Made by a program: the position numbers and the translations under genes
Notes under the pieces: generated by a model
What the model saw: the letters and a program-made list of their open reading frames with translations, nothing else
Databases searched by the model: none
Told to the model about the DNA's origin: nothing
Assembly (NCBI GenBank): GCA_951406725.2
Contig: OX597824.1
Coordinates: 39,618,001-39,682,000 of the forward strand
Direction of reading: 5' to 3'
Length of the DNA: 64,000 bases
Origin: Octopus vulgaris
Taxonomy: Eukaryota
Shown: positions 26,409-41,692 of the stretch, in pieces
Numbering within the stretch: the stretch's first letter is position 1
Layout: each line of letters opens with the position of its first letter

Positions 26409-26955
26409 AATTTGTGCGTAATGAGATAAATAACCAAGGCTGTATAGATATTAGAGCATTTATAGATAGAAGTTTTTACAGCTGTTTCTAGGATATTAAT
26501 TAATAATATCCCTTCATCGGAGACGGTTTTAGTAGAAACATTAAGTCATAGTAAGTTTCGATGTCATACAAATAGAGACTGAGGTGGAGGAAAGAAAATA
26601 GATGTAAGGTATGTATGTGTATTGAATTTGTAGATCCGTTTTATAGGCATAATGGAATACATGCACAATATTACTATATCCTTTGAGTAATATTACACAT
26701 GCATACCATTATGCCTATAAAATAGATCTACAAATTCAATACACATACATATCTTACATCTATTTTCTTTCCTCCACCTCACTCTCTATTTGTATCGCAT
26801 TGAAACTAACTATGACTTAATTTTTCCTCTCATACCGTCTCCGATGAAGGGATATTATTAATTAATGTCCTAGAAACAGCTGTAAGACCTTCTATCTATA
26901 AATGCTCTAATATCTATACAGCCTTGGTTTTTTATCTCATTGTGCAAACATTCTT
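26406..26955. mobile_element. Diverged 550-bp palindrome (hairpin PLE remnant) flanked by TA repeats
   Basis: Arms are reverse complements around about 26680 with scattered mismatches; contains a hammerhead core. Confidence 0.85.
26837..26888 (+). ncRNA. Hammerhead ribozyme (CCGAUGA core variant)
   Basis: gtct CCGATGA agggatatta..taatgtcct a GAAA cagctg TA agac. Confidence 0.75.
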
Positions 26956-27092
26956 ATATACACACGCTGACATAGAACTAACGTTGACCCCTTTATTCGC
27001 AATATTACCGAATCTGGAACTTAACTATGGTCTGTCTATAGCACTTATTCAGCATTACCTGAGACCTTTGGGTCTCAATGACACCATTATCT

Positions 27093-27180
<88 letters not shown>

Positions 27181-28243
27181 CTTGATCGCCTTGGCCGACC
27201 AGTCCGTCGGGCGACCATTTGGCACCGCTATGAAATTTGTATTGGAGTTCAAGGGAGTTACACATATAATGTTCAATTCTCACATTAACACTCGGATACG
27301 TACTTTTAATGGGATCGGTAAAGACAGTTGAGTCGAGCCCGTTAAGGTATAATCAGAGAAGCAACTGGTATCAAGTCAGATTATAACATTTATATATTTA
27401 AAAATTTCCACATCAGGGTTGTCACAATACATCTTTAAGTTACGATAATATTATAACCTCGTTGTCTATCACACGGAAATATTTTCCTCCAAAGTTTGTT
27501 GTAGGATTTACATTCCAATGATCTCAGCACGCACACATTCATTCAGTGACGAATTATTTACGCGAGTACACAGCATCCATGAAAATACACACCTCAAACT
27601 AAAAATTCAAATAATAAAATTCAAAAGAAATAACCAAAATATATGAAAAAATATATGAAACTGTAAAATTTCTTTGAAATTCTCTCTCCAAAATATCAGA
27701 AATAAACACAGTATCTAAAACGAAATCATACATATACATGCTTTTCTTCAACGAAATGTGTGAAATAAAATATTTTATCTCAGTTCTGCAGTATCTAAAC
27801 ACGTATGTTATTTATCTTTGAATAAAAGTTTCTCAAAAAATGTTGTTTTTTTTCGGTTATATAAATGGCACATTTTTTCTTTAAATTCTGCTTACTGTGA
27901 AAACCTTGTCAAGCATTACTTTAATATCGCACATTATGTAATACATAATACTTGGATTTCAAATTTTTCCACTTGACTTATTTTAAATACATTTATAATA
28001 CTTTAGAATAACCGACATATGTATATTGAATGACAAACAGATTCCATTTAATGAATTTATAAAGTAATATACACACCATACATATACACAAAATGCATCA
28101 AAACTCTATTGCCTGCTTGTTCATAAACCCATCCGTCGTATTTTTCATTTTTGTGTTATAATTTATATATATATATATATACACATATACATACATATAC
28201 ATATACATACATATATATATATATATATGCATGAATATGTATG

Positions 28244-28279
<36 letters not shown>

Positions 28280-30639
28280 TACATACATACATACATACAT
28301 ACATACATACATACATACATACATACATAAGTGATGCAATGATGCAGAAATGAAAATTACAAGTTTATTCACAAGAAGGTAATAGAATTTTGGAATCATT
28401 CTCTCGAATTTATATTCTAGAGATTAAAATATACACACATTCCAGTTATCTTCCTTTGTTGCTCAATTTTCCTGTGGCGATTTTAGCGTTCCGTCTGTTT
28501 AGGAGTTGAATGTACATGATGAGAATAGTGAATTGCTGAAGAAAGTACAAGTCACTTGTGTTTCAAATTTAAAGCAGTAAATGATTATTTACAAACTGTT
28601 GTGAAATTTGTATTGGAGTTTATGTGAGTTACACTTGAGGTTGTTGGCTACTCCACAGCCAACTCTAATAGACTTTTCATGAAAACATTTCTGTATAATC
28701 CATTTCACTTTTTTTTTCGTAGGGGGCATAACATGTGTAAGTTAAGTTAAGTTAATTTTTTTGGCTCAAAAAGCAAAGAGCAAGGCTATGTAGGGGGACA
28801 TGTACAGGGTGGTGTTCATGCAAAGAGTTCAGGCTATTTCTGCTCAAGGGAGAGTGTATGATCATATCATACAATGTATCTTGCTTTTTTCAGATCATCA
28901 TTTGAAAGAGATGTTTTATCTATAGTAAGCTAAGAGACCAGGTAAATTCTTCCTCTACGTCTCACAGGTGTACATATATTTTGTAACACTTGTTAGTCGA
29001 TCATCGGAGTAACTCGCTGTATTTGTTTAACAATGTTATTACGCTTATTAATTCTGAGATTTATTTAATACCTTATTCTTCAGTATTGTGGCAGTTACCA
29101 GAATCGTTACAATGACGGATCGAATAATCCGGAGATACTTGTTCCGAGTCATTGCGAATGAACGACTTCATCTTACATCCTTTCGGGTTCGATAAAAAGC
29201 AAAGGTTCAAAGTAGTGTAAAGACAGAAGTGTTACAGAATGAGACTAGACGTCTTGTGGAGTATATGTTCCAGCATTTTGAGATTTGATAGCAACACCTT
29301 CAACGACACCAGTGCAAAGCTGTATTAGCTTTGATTTTGTTTGGACGTGATCGGTGGTGTGTGAAGGGAAGACTTGCATAAATCGACTACTAGTATTATT
29401 CTACTAAAAATAGCCAAGCCCAGACCTCCACTTAGTAGAAAAATTTTGCAGCCACAGAAATCTATGAACTGCCTTAAGCGAAGAATTCCCTAGAATGAAC
29501 TTCGCAAAACGTCTTTTCATTTCTGCTTAATTTAAGCGTACATATATCATAGTTCACAATTCACGATACGAAGATACTCTTTTGCCTCGTTGCTAGCTGT
29601 AGTTAAACCACAAATATTAATATAATATTTTCCAGCTGGAGTTCTGTAAAATGTAACTGAATGCTAGAGATCTCACACAAACTGGCATAAATCTAAATGC
29701 TATATTTCGGTATTGTCACAATCCACAAACTCGAACCTGTAAGTGGGTGACATCAGTAAAATCAGTTGAATATGCATTTGGAATTTTTTTTTGTTTTTTG
29801 GGGTTTTTTTGCACACAGTAACTAATGCATTTGCTTTAATTTTGAAAGTTCAAGAGAAATAACACCTCTCTATAAACCAGATGCATGAGCATATTTCAGA
29901 CTTGAGTCCTTAATATCTAATTCTCTAACGAAACTCTTGATGTATGCATAGTGTAGACAGACATGCATTACTAAAAATTTGTAATAAAATAATTGTGTAG
30001 TTTTTTGTGGCTGTCGTATAGCAAGTCTACTGAAATTTTATATTTTTAAATTATACAACAGAATGTAGATAATGTAACATTAGCTCACATTCGACAGATT
30101 TGTTTTATTGCATTTAGATTAATAGATAGATAAAAGAAAAATGAGTGATAGATAGGTAGATACATAGATAGATTACAGCAATTAGATAAATTAACATGGT
30201 ACATAACATCTTAAGGCGAGAGTACAACCTTTAATTTTCAACACCTGGTGTAAGTTAATTAATGATAATCTAGTGACTTTTGAAAATAAAAATGCATTAA
30301 ATGTAAATAAAAAGAAATCAATATTTAATACAAGTATGTTAGTCGAATATTCGAGTTAATAATAAATACAAACAAATACAAACATAGAAAATAAACCGTT
30401 TTGTAAGCTGGAAACAGGGTGTTATATAATAAATAATAACATTATTGAACATACCAAATTTATGAATAACGATAAATACACATGATCAATAAAAAATAAT
30501 TTCAAGATAATATATTTGACAAATTATTGCTAAATGGTTCAATTTCACACAGTGACAATATATTGATAATCTGGAAAACGTAATAAATTTTTTTCTATAT
30601 AAACTCCTCTCGAATGTATGTGCAAATGATTTGCTTCAA

Positions 30640-31045
30640 TTTCAAGGCGATACTCCAGTATGGCCTTAGTCGACTGACTGAAACAAAGAAAAATAACAAA
30701 TGAGGAAATCATTGAACTTGCTGGGGTATTACCATTATAGGTTTAATCGATCACATCGGGACCGTTACTTATTTTTAAATATGGATACATTTTTAGTCGT
30801 CCTTCTTGTCCAACCGTAATTTTAAGGTCATGTAAACAAATCAAGATGGGTTATCAAGCTGTGGAGAACAAACACAAACAGAAAGGCACACACACACACA
30901 CACACACACAATTGTCTTCCACACTGTTTCCGTCTACCAAATTCACACAAAAAGTATTATTAGGCCAAGGATTACAGGAGACATTTGACCTAGGTGCCAT
31001 GCAGTACAACTGAAACCGAAGCCACCTGGCTGCAATGCATAGTTA
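30640..31045 (-). mobile_element. Decayed family B SINE fragments
   Basis: Matches to gtttccgtctaccaaattc, gacatttgacctaggtgcc and the tail of 35879-36295. Confidence 0.55.
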
Positions 31046-31077
31046 TGCATATATATATATATATATATATATATACG

Positions 31078-32524
31078 TTTAAATATTTGTTGTGCAAGAT
31101 TTTTTATGTGAAGTCGTGTGTTGAAACAGATATTGTTATATTTCGGAATGGTCATATTGCCAGTTTAGCCAATAAAAACACACGCACTATATATTTGGTG
31201 TTATTTTGCTTCAGTGATATTTATTTTTTACATTAATCTTAATCTTATTTCGGCCAAAGTTCTTTCGTCACACTCCTGTGACCGCATCAGTGGTCCTTTG
31301 TTTTCTTCTCACTTACTTGTGTCCATCCACCAGAGTATTAAGGTCACAATAGACTACCCCACTAAACACCCCAACCATAGACTACCAGTACTAGACACTG
31401 AACTCTGGCTAGAAATTGTGAAAAATAAAACCCAAATCCTTCATTCATACTATGCAAAACCTATGGCCTCAAAATACCTGATCCACCGGAACTCAGCCAT
31501 TGCGGGCAATGCCAAATTCAATATTTTGATGGCAGACCTCGTCAGAATAATGAGAAATGTGTCACGCATGTGCGAGCCTACAGAATTAAAGAGACACATA
31601 CAGTATTTCATTCACCGCATGCAGTTCTCAGGTTACAGCCATAAAGAAAGGATCAGAGTATACAAAGGAGCCATGAAGAAATTTGATAATATATTATGTA
31701 ATGATAGGAATGGGATTTGCCCACTCTATAGGAACAAGTCATGGAACACTATAGAAAGGACAAAAAGAAAATAAGGAAGGCCAACTCTTGGTATGATAGC
31801 CATAAATACCAGAGTGTCATGTTCGTTGACACCACCCCTGGAGGTGAACTAGCGTACCGCTTTAGAAGGACCCTAGATAAACTTAAACTAAGAATTAAGG
31901 TTGTTGAAAAGCCAGGCAACCCTATCAGATCTATAATTGGTAGAACCTATCCTTTTAGTAGAACTCTCTGTACGGATAACTATTGCACTGTATGTAGATT
32001 TAGCCCACAAACGAACTGTAAAGCCAGAAATGTGGTCTATAGTATAAGATGTATAGAGGGAAGATGCAGTAACAAGACAGTAACATACGTAGGGAAACTG
32101 CAAGAAGCATTGGTGAGCGGGTGAATGAACATTGGAGACAACTCAAGGAAGGTAAAAGCTCATCGATTCTGTACCAACACGCCGAACAAGAACACGGGGG
32201 ATCAATCAATAACATAGAGATTAAGATATTGTCCACACATAGAACAGATGCAACAATTAGACAAATTACAGAAGCTACACATATAATAGAAAATAAACCT
32301 AGCCTGAATAGAAAACTAGAATGGAGCAATAGCGCACACCACAACATATGACAATAGTGGATCCTGCAAACATAATAAATACACAGGTAATTAAAGAAAT
32401 AGAAATGAATATCTATGTGTGTATGTATATGTGTATATGTATATGTGTATATGTGTGTGTATATATGTATATATATATATGTATATGTATATGTATGTAT
32501 ATATATATATATGTATATGTATAT

Positions 32525-32555
<31 letters not shown>

Positions 32556-33024
32556 CGATTAGATTTATTATTATTATTACTAATATTGTTGTTATACATA
32601 CATACAAGCATATGTAATGATAATAATGGGTGGATGTAAACACATGAACAAAATTAGAACAAAAGCAACAACAACAAAAACAAAATACAAATTACAAGAA
32701 TGTATATAACCAGAAGATACAAATATTACAGACATCCCCCCCCCACACTAAATAAACATAGACGCACATAGAGATATAAGCATGCGCAAATGAAGACATA
32801 CAATAGAAATACAAAATGGCTGACGGTTAGTAAGGAGAGACACAAGTAAGTGAGAAGAAAACAAAGGACCACTGATGCGGTCACAGGAGTGTGACGAAAG
32901 AACTTTGGCCGAAATAAGATTAAGATTAATGTAAAAAATAAATATCACTGAAGCAAAATAACACCAAATATATAGTGCGTGTGTTTTTATTGGCTAAACT
33001 GGCAATATGACCATTCCGAAATAT

Positions 33025-33031
<7 letters not shown>
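31078..33031 (+). mobile_element. 5'-truncated PLE with inverted pseudo-LTR
   Basis: RT thumb (VTIDYP...LPVLD...YYAKPMAS...GYS) and GIY-YIG (CTVC...CKARNVVYSIRC...YVG[ET]ARSIGERVNEH...RQITEA...LNRKLEW) split by two frameshifts near 31770 and 32095; 31130-31323 is the reverse complement of 32839-33031; both ends abut (TA)n. Confidence 0.9.
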
Positions 33032-33087
<56 letters not shown>

Positions 33088-33088
33088 G

Positions 33089-33119
<31 letters not shown>

Positions 33120-33288
33120 TGTGTGTGTGTGTGTGTGTATACATATGCTTATATTTATGTATGTAAATAAAATATATGTAAATATATATATACATATGTA
33201 TATGTATGTAATTGCATCTAAATGTGTATATTTACTACTATTATATACATATACATCGACATACAGATACACTTGTATATATACTTGC

Positions 33289-33320
<32 letters not shown>

Positions 33321-33369
33321 CTTTGTATAGACGCATGCATGAATCTATATGCATGAAAATTTTGTGCTA

Positions 33370-33431
<62 letters not shown>

Positions 33432-33817
33432 ATACGTGCGTGTTGATGGAGGTACAAACGTTCACAGATGCAAGTTATATACATAGTCTTATAAAAGTAA
33501 GTACATACATATATGGTTATTTTCAGCTAGGTCGACTGTAAATAAAATAATTTTATATTATTTCTTCTTAAACCGACTATTTGTTCGAAAGAAAATATGT
33601 TTTCAAGAACTAGTGTGTAAATCATACTTTCCTATTTAAACAATCTCTTCAGAATTAATCTGTTTTTACTCAATATCTTTGTAACGTTATACATATCTTA
33701 TTTTCCATGAAACAAATATTCAGTTTGTATTTATTCCGCTGAAAAACTTAATTCACAAGGCTTTTGTTTCTTCTTTTTTTCAAGTTGGTGCCAATATGTT
33801 TTAGTACATGTGAATGT

Positions 33818-33870
<53 letters not shown>

Positions 33871-33877
33871 GTGTGTT

Positions 33878-33912
<35 letters not shown>

Positions 33913-34599
33913 GCGTGTGTGCATGGATACATACATAAATACATACATATGCATATCCATTATATGCATATATACATACATGCATACATACATATATATA
34001 CGTTCATGCATACATATATATATATATATACATTCATTCATACATACATACACATATATATATATATATATGAAATATGAATGAGAAGCAACATTTCCTA
34101 TAGATATTGGGAAAACAGAAACATTTTTTGCTTTTGATTCTGTATTGAGTTACTTCGTATTTCGCTCGAATCATTTGTGGTTCAAATTCTGGTGATAAAA
34201 GTCTAAGCAAATTCTAACCGCGTTTCGTATTTACATCCAATAAAAGAGACAGCTGCTTATTTCAATAATACTTTAGATTATGCGGAATAGCCTGCCAGAA
34301 TCTAGAACCGTTCCTGACAGATTTAAAATCTGTAGTGTTCCAAACGTACTGCAATAGACTCGTAATAAAATGTGAATAAAACTTTTGATAAAAAAATTTA
34401 AATGAGAATAATCTGTGTGTTTCAAGAGTTTGTTATCGTTGTTATTAAATATAGATGTTATGTCAAAAGTTTTGAAGATTTGTAGCAAAGTATTTAACTG
34501 TAACGGATTTTCAGCTAGATTATAAACATAGACGTTTATATAATAACTGAAATAGAAAAAGACGTTGATGTAATTTAGTTTCCCAGTTGTAAGTTCTAC

Positions 34600-35100
34600 A
34601 AATTATAGTCAGAAAGTCACTTAGTTTCTCTTTACTTGCCAAGGGCACATCAGTATTATGGCCTGTAATGCAAATTCTATGAAAGCTCCTTAGTTTAGTC
34701 ACAAGCATTTCACAGCCCTGTTAATTAGATTGATAGGAACCCGGTGTAAATTAAGAAACTCTTGATGACAGCGTGCCTAATCGAAATTGCCTTGCCATTA
34801 CATTAGTATTCTATGGCAATGTAGAAGTGAATGGTATTCCACAGTCGAAATTTTACATGGGTTTCACTGCTAATGTATTCAAGAAAAGATTATAATGGCA
34901 CAGGTATTTGTTGGTCAATTCAGTAACATATATTCCATTGACCAATTGAGTTTCTAAATGCATTTGAAAATCAAGGCAAAAGAAGTGACAGTACCATGTA
35001 TATGAGAAGATCAATCGTTGCTTTTGTACTTGCATACTGACCTGGTAACAGTAGAAGGAAGTTGTCATATTCGCTTACTCAAGACGTTAATATTCTTGCA
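34600..35100 (-). mobile_element. Possible highly decayed RTE-like LINE fragment
   Basis: Collinear weak motifs VNG..TEL..KYL, GKA, GCE, KLRSFHRIC. Confidence 0.35.
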
Positions 35101-35169
35101 GAATCATAGCTATGGATAGCAAACGTGTTAGAGAGTCGGAAAAATGCGTTGTGATATTTATATAATATA

Positions 35170-35470
35170 ATGAATTTATTGTATACAGTGCTCATGTGCA
35201 CCACCACAGCTTGTCAAAAGTGCGTATAAAGTATATGCAGTAATGTACAAATGTCTGGAAAGTGAACAGTGTATAAGTCAGATACATGCTTGTGTGTGTA
35301 TGGAGTGGAGAAAATCAGGTGTAGTTTTGGCGAATCTCAGGAAGCACGGAAGTTTTGAAGGATGCAGTGCTCCGACAACTAACAACTGATGCCGGCAGTT
35401 TGTTCCTTACTTCAGCAACTCTTAGCGTGAAAAAATGTTTCCGAAAGTCATGGGGGCTGTGTTGCTTCTT
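35170..35470 (-). mobile_element. CR1-like LINE 3' end
   Basis: HDFRKHFFTLRVAEV.NKLPASVVSCRSTASFKTS followed by a 3' UTR with aataaa. Confidence 0.75.
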
Positions 35471-35878
35471 CCAACTCTTTACGTTCTGAGTTCAACTTTA
35501 TTCCACTGATGATCATTTTTGTCTTTTATCTTTTTGAAGAAAACAAAACAAAATATTAGCCAATTACTTCAGCCGACGTGCTCGATTTATCACGTTCCCT
35601 CAAGAGTGCTAATATCACTGCAGAACGGGAGAAACTTTACCCTAAGCAGTAACAACAATCGTTCACGTAGCGCAAAGTACTAGTTATGTAATCTTCACGA
35701 CATAGACCTGCCATAGTAAACATCTCGACGAAAGTCATTTAACAATTTCCTTTTTAGTTCCCATTTTCGTTTTCAGTTACCGATTTATTTTTATAAGTTT
35801 TCCCTTTGTGGCGTTGCAGAAAGATTTTGAACTCTCCTGTTGAATAGTAATGTAGAATGCATTCTAAAAATTAACGAC

Positions 35879-36042
35879 AGGCGTAGGAGTGGCTGTCTGG
35901 TAAGTAGCTTGCTTACAAACCACATTGTTCTGGTTTCAGTCCCACTACGTCGCACCTTGGACAAGTGTCTTCTACTATAGCCTCGGGCCGACCAAAGCCT
36001 TGTGAGTGGATTTGGTAGGCGGAAACTGAAAGAAGACCGTCG

Positions 36043-36087
<45 letters not shown>

Positions 36088-36295
36088 ATGCTTGTGTGTC
36101 TGTGTTTGTCCCCCCTCCAACATCGCTTGACAACCGATGGTGGTGTGCTTACGTCCCCGTCACTTAGCGGTTCGGCAAAGGAGACCGATAGAATAAGTAC
36201 TAGGCTTACAAAGAATAAGTCCTGGGGGTCGATTTGCTCGACTAAAAGGCGGTGCTCCAGCATGGCCGCAGTCAAATGACTGAAACGAGTAAAAA
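35879..36295 (+). mobile_element. Full-length tRNA-derived SINE (family B, CORE-like, internal microsatellite)
   Basis: Head GGCGTAGGAGTGGCTGTCTGGTAAG, ccttggacaagtgtcttctactatagcc, internal (TA)n(TG)n, tail ggtgctccagcatggccgcagtcaaatgactgaaac; several paralogs in the window. Confidence 0.88.
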
Positions 36296-37734
36296 CGTAA
36301 AGAGAGATAGTTTTTCTTACTGTGTACTTCGCTGGCTTAGTTGTTTACTTGCTCAGTGCGTCCCTTTCTTTAAATTTGAGGTATTTAAGTGTGAATAAGT
36401 ATAGCAAGAGATATCCCTTGTTAGTATGACTGAATTAGATCGTAACGTTTTTATCTAATTATAAATATTTATTTGCTATTTATTGTTTTAATTAGTTATT
36501 GATTTGTACTATTTTTCTTTTAGATTTGTCTCATCAAATCTTTTTTATATATACCCAGCTGTTTAATTCAACAGAAATCAGAAATAAGCACTGATGCTGT
36601 ACATCCGTGTCATTTAACAAAAACAAAAAGAGTCATGTTTGGTGCTACATGTTATAAATTGCTACACCACATAATTTAGAACTTTCCATGGCATCAAATT
36701 GCTGTACTGTACTCTATATTTATTCTTAATTTTTCTGAAAGTTTACCTGATATTCCTTATTTCTTTACTTGTTTTCAACTGAATAAGGTATTTATATTTT
36801 GAAACATATTTAATTATATAGAAAAACGTTTTGGAGTCACATCATTATATTTTTCAAATGAAGAAGTTTGAGAAAGGAAAATGAGTGAAAGGGAAATACA
36901 CAGTAAGATGCTGCATCTAAATTAAATTTCTTGTTGAACGGCTCTATTTTTTTGCTTTCTAAATTTGCATATACCATGAACTTCTACACATGTTATCCAA
37001 TACTAATTAATCATTGAAGAGTTCTGTGAACCAATCTGGGTACCTTAATGATGTTACTAAACCTGCTAAAAGTAGACGCCAAATAAATTTCAATGATATT
37101 CTGCAGAATTGAATAAAACTGTGATGGATAATTAAACCCAAGATATATTATTCTTTAATAAAATAGGTATTGTCGGAAACAAGATCTTTGATCATTAGAA
37201 ACTGTTCGACAAGTATAATATTGAGAGTTAGTTATCAACATCATTGTTGATTTCCAGTACAATCATACATCATACAATCAGACCGCCACTAACTATATTA
37301 TTCTACTTAGATAAAGTAGTCGTGGCCTTCTTTGGAAAGAAGAATACAATAGTTTCCCAAACATATTCTTAGTGCCCTGCAGCCGATTCTCAACGGAGTA
37401 AAGAAAAGGAGATAAAGAGATGCAGATACAGAAGGATAGAAAGCGAGAGACAGAGTGAAAGAGAAAGAAGACAATTTTAGTGTCTTATTTTATCGTTCTC
37501 TGAACGATACGTAAAGTTCACTTCGCATGTTTTTCATTCCGAACCTAAAGAACCAGAACAAATAACACAAGGTAAGTATGCATTACTTACATTATTTACA
37601 TTATTTACATTCAAGAAGTGAAAACTTTCAACAGAGTGCCTCGCTCCTAAGAAGTGTAGTCTCGTAAACAATGCTAAACATTGTGCTATCATGTTCACTT
37701 TCAGTTTGTCAACAATAGTAAACGTTGATGAAAG

Positions 37735-38010
37735 CGGGTGGCCTAGTGGTAAATGAAGCAGCATGCTCATAAGTGCATGGTTTCTATTGTTTCTATTGCC
37801 AGACCGAGCGATGCGTTGATCTATTGCCAAACATTTCATTTCACGTGGCTCCAGATCGCTCAGCTCTATATAAATTCGAGCAATAGCTGGAAAGTTAACT
37901 CTGCGATGGACAGGCGTCCCGTTTGCAAGGGATTACATGAATCTCACTCACTTATACACCATGGAAACCGGGTTCATTCCCGGACTTGGAGTCATGAGAC
38001 ACATCAATGA
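37735..38010 (+). mobile_element. Decayed family C SINE
   Basis: gtggcctagtggt head and ctgcgatggacaggcgtcccgt core. Confidence 0.6.
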
Positions 38011-38288
38011 GTCTTTGTTGCTGTACATATACCCTTATACCCTAGATTCCTTACAAAAAACCTGACGCTCTTAGCGTAGACTTTTTTTTGGGGCGGGGGC
38101 AACTAGATCGAACTCTCTCAAGTGTAACTGTCCGAAACAGTCAAGACATCTGTTAACTTGACTGAAGAAAGAAGGTCACGAATGACTCGCCCATTTTTCG
38201 CCCTGTCCTTCTAATTGTTGTTTCTCCTGCCCGCCTTTGTATCGTCTATCTGTCCGAATGTTTGATTGCCCTCCATTGCGTTTTTGTT

Positions 38289-38384
<96 letters not shown>

Positions 38385-39426
38385 GTATGTATGTATTTAT
38401 GCATGTATGTATCCGTATGTATATATAAGCACACACACGTACACAAGCACGCACACACACTCACTCGCACATATATATATACGTACAGGCAGGCTCATAG
38501 ACATATACATATACCTACACATGTATGTATATAGGCATGTATGTATCTATGTATATGTCTATGTAAGTATAGATATATGTATGGATGCATGTATGCATGT
38601 GTGCATGCATTATGTTGTAGTCACTTTAACTAATCCTGAGGAGGCTAATGACCATTACTAATAACCCTGTATAGGTTTTGCAATTGTAGTTAATTCAAAT
38701 AATTAATCAATGTAGATTTTAAAACTCTTAAACTCTTTCTTAATTGACTACAAGATAGCGCGATTTACAAGTATATCGTATATTAAATCACAAGTGCTAT
38801 CTTTATTAACTTATTGACATTAAGAGTTTTGTACGAAGTGTTATATACTACAGTGATTATTGACTGACTTCACAAGTAGGGTATTTGGAAAATTTCTTAG
38901 GGATATAATCTCTATTTTCATTTATGGAAATTGTTTCTACTTTAATTTCTACTTATTACAATTATTCCTGCCATACTGATCGCTATCATTTTTGTTTTTG
39001 CTGTTGTTGTTGTCGTCGTCATGGCACTATCAAAACGCCGTTGCTTATCATTCATCTTGTCTTAATTTCACGTAGCTATTAATCTAATAACGTGATGGAG
39101 GCGATTTAAAGGACCCTGCAGTAATACTATTCATTTCTGTTTTGACCTAAAGTACATTATATAACGTACGGCGCTCTTGTCGACTGCACTATACTCAAAA
39201 TATATTCTACTAATCAAGACGCTATCGATTACTTCAAGTTCGAGCATTTATTATTATATTACCTGAAGAAAACACATATATAGTGTGTACAAGCAACGGT
39301 ATTGTTTTGGGTATACAGGACTCGCTGTATCAAAAGCTGTAATCGATATCCATGTAATTTTTACTCATGAATGATTAAAGGAGACAAAATGTTTGAAAGC
39401 AGATTTATCTCGTCATTTCGCTTCTC

Positions 39427-39475
<49 letters not shown>

Positions 39476-39740
39476 GTAATAATAAAAATAATGATAATAA
39501 TGAACTCTCCCGAAGAAGACGGCGTATGAGTGTTCAGCATTTGCCGGACGATCTGCATAAATGATTTGCTTAGTGATCCATTTATATATATTTGTGAAGC
39601 CTAGTATTTATTTTATCGGTTTCTTTTTCGGAAACGATAATGCACGCCAACCTGGGATCGATTTGTTCAACTAATACCCCTTAAGGTGGTGCTCCAGCAT
39701 GACCGCAGTGAAATGACTGAAAGAAGTAAAAGAATAAAAG

Positions 39741-39831
<91 letters not shown>

Positions 39832-40107
39832 GTAATTCTTGGTAAGATAGTATATATAATTCTTAAACAAGAATGTTGCGGAGAGTAACTTCAAACTTTC
39901 AGCCAGCTAAGCCACTGTCGAACTGCTTATCTAGCTGAAACTTCGAGGTCACAGTCATTCTTGTATAAGAATAATAAGTATTTGTACTCTAAATGAGTAT
40001 AGAGTTACCACTAAGATCAATGTAAAATTGTTTTTCTAACTGAACATAAACATAATGTGTGTGTGTATGTGCGTGTGAATAGACACCCATATATTCATAG
40101 ATGCACG

Positions 40108-40185
<78 letters not shown>

Positions 40186-41651
40186 CGTGTGTGCCTATGT
40201 ATATGTAAGTATCTATGCATAGGTACGTATGTACGTACATAGGTATGTATGTTTGCATGTATGTATCATTAGCGAAATTAAATTAACCTTTTACCTTTTC
40301 ACTAATTGGGACAAGATATTCTGTATCGAATAAACAGTGGCTGCAAGTTTTATGCTTTACTACACATCGTTTGATTTGCACATTTTATTCACTTTGTTAT
40401 TTTTTCTAAATGTTGACAGGAGAATTTTAGTCTAATTCTGTAAATATTTACCTGGAAACCAGATTTTTGCTGTATCTGGGATATCTGGTTTAAATATATA
40501 CGCGTATGTACGCACATCTTTGTTTTCGTCACAAATGTGTTATCTTACATTACACATGAAAAACAATCTGCCTGTTGGTAAAATCATCAAAATTTCAAAT
40601 AAATTTTTTACGGTAATCTTGCCAGAGTTCAAATCTCACCATAGTCGAATTTATCTTTCACTTTCTTTGGGTTCAGTAAATAAAGTACCAGTCCAGTAAT
40701 CACTTTCCCCTCACTTTCCCCTCTTTCTTTCACTTTATTTCTTCCTTGATTGTGCTTGTATCTCAGAGTTCCAGGCTTGTTAAATTGTTTACTTAACTGT
40801 CTTGAATTTTGCTTTAATGGTTCACATTTACGTTGAGTACACATTCGCTTACAAGCTAATACCTAAATTAGGCATTTAGTGGTTGAATAACCGAGTGTTC
40901 TTCATTGAGAGCGACGGAGACCCTTCTGTTTGAGAGGCAGAATGAATCACTACAATCTTAAACTATGCTTTTTCATTCAGCTGTTCCATTGTTAATTCAC
41001 TGTTACGTGTTGCAGTCTGTAATGCATTCCTCACTTAAAATTAATCGGGTGTTACGCTCTTCGATTGTAGGAATGTTTACGACCATCGATCAAAGATATC
41101 ATTTTGGTTTAAAATTAGTCATTCAGAGGAAAACACTTGCGGCTATGAACTCCGTTGTTGTTCTACGACTGGTGAAATTAATACAGATTATGTTCACCGT
41201 AAAATTCGCATGTCAACAACTGCAGGAACCAAAAATTACTTGAGTAAGATCACAATCCAACAGGGTTCATGTTTTGTGGGAATAGGATTGTACACAACAA
41301 TCAGTGTATTCCTGATTGGTGACAAAATATGGTTAATATGGATAATGGCACGATAACTTGAAGACGAATAAGTTGGGGATGCATGTGGTCTTATGTGTTA
41401 GTGTGTATCGAATTAAAATTAATCAAGAGCTAAATTAAACTACTTCAATAGGGTCAACGTCATGAAACTGTAAAATTAAGTTGAGGTTCAGGCATAGAAT
41501 GCCGTACACAGTAAATACTCAATATAATGTAATTTCCATTTCAATTAAAATTTGATAGCAATTGCTTCTGAGTCTTAAACAGAAACGAAACTATATCAAA
41601 AAAAGTGCAAGAAATAAGAATTAAAAACTCTTAATGCTGTAAGAATCTTCG

Positions 41652-41682
<31 letters not shown>

Positions 41683-41692
<10 letters not shown>

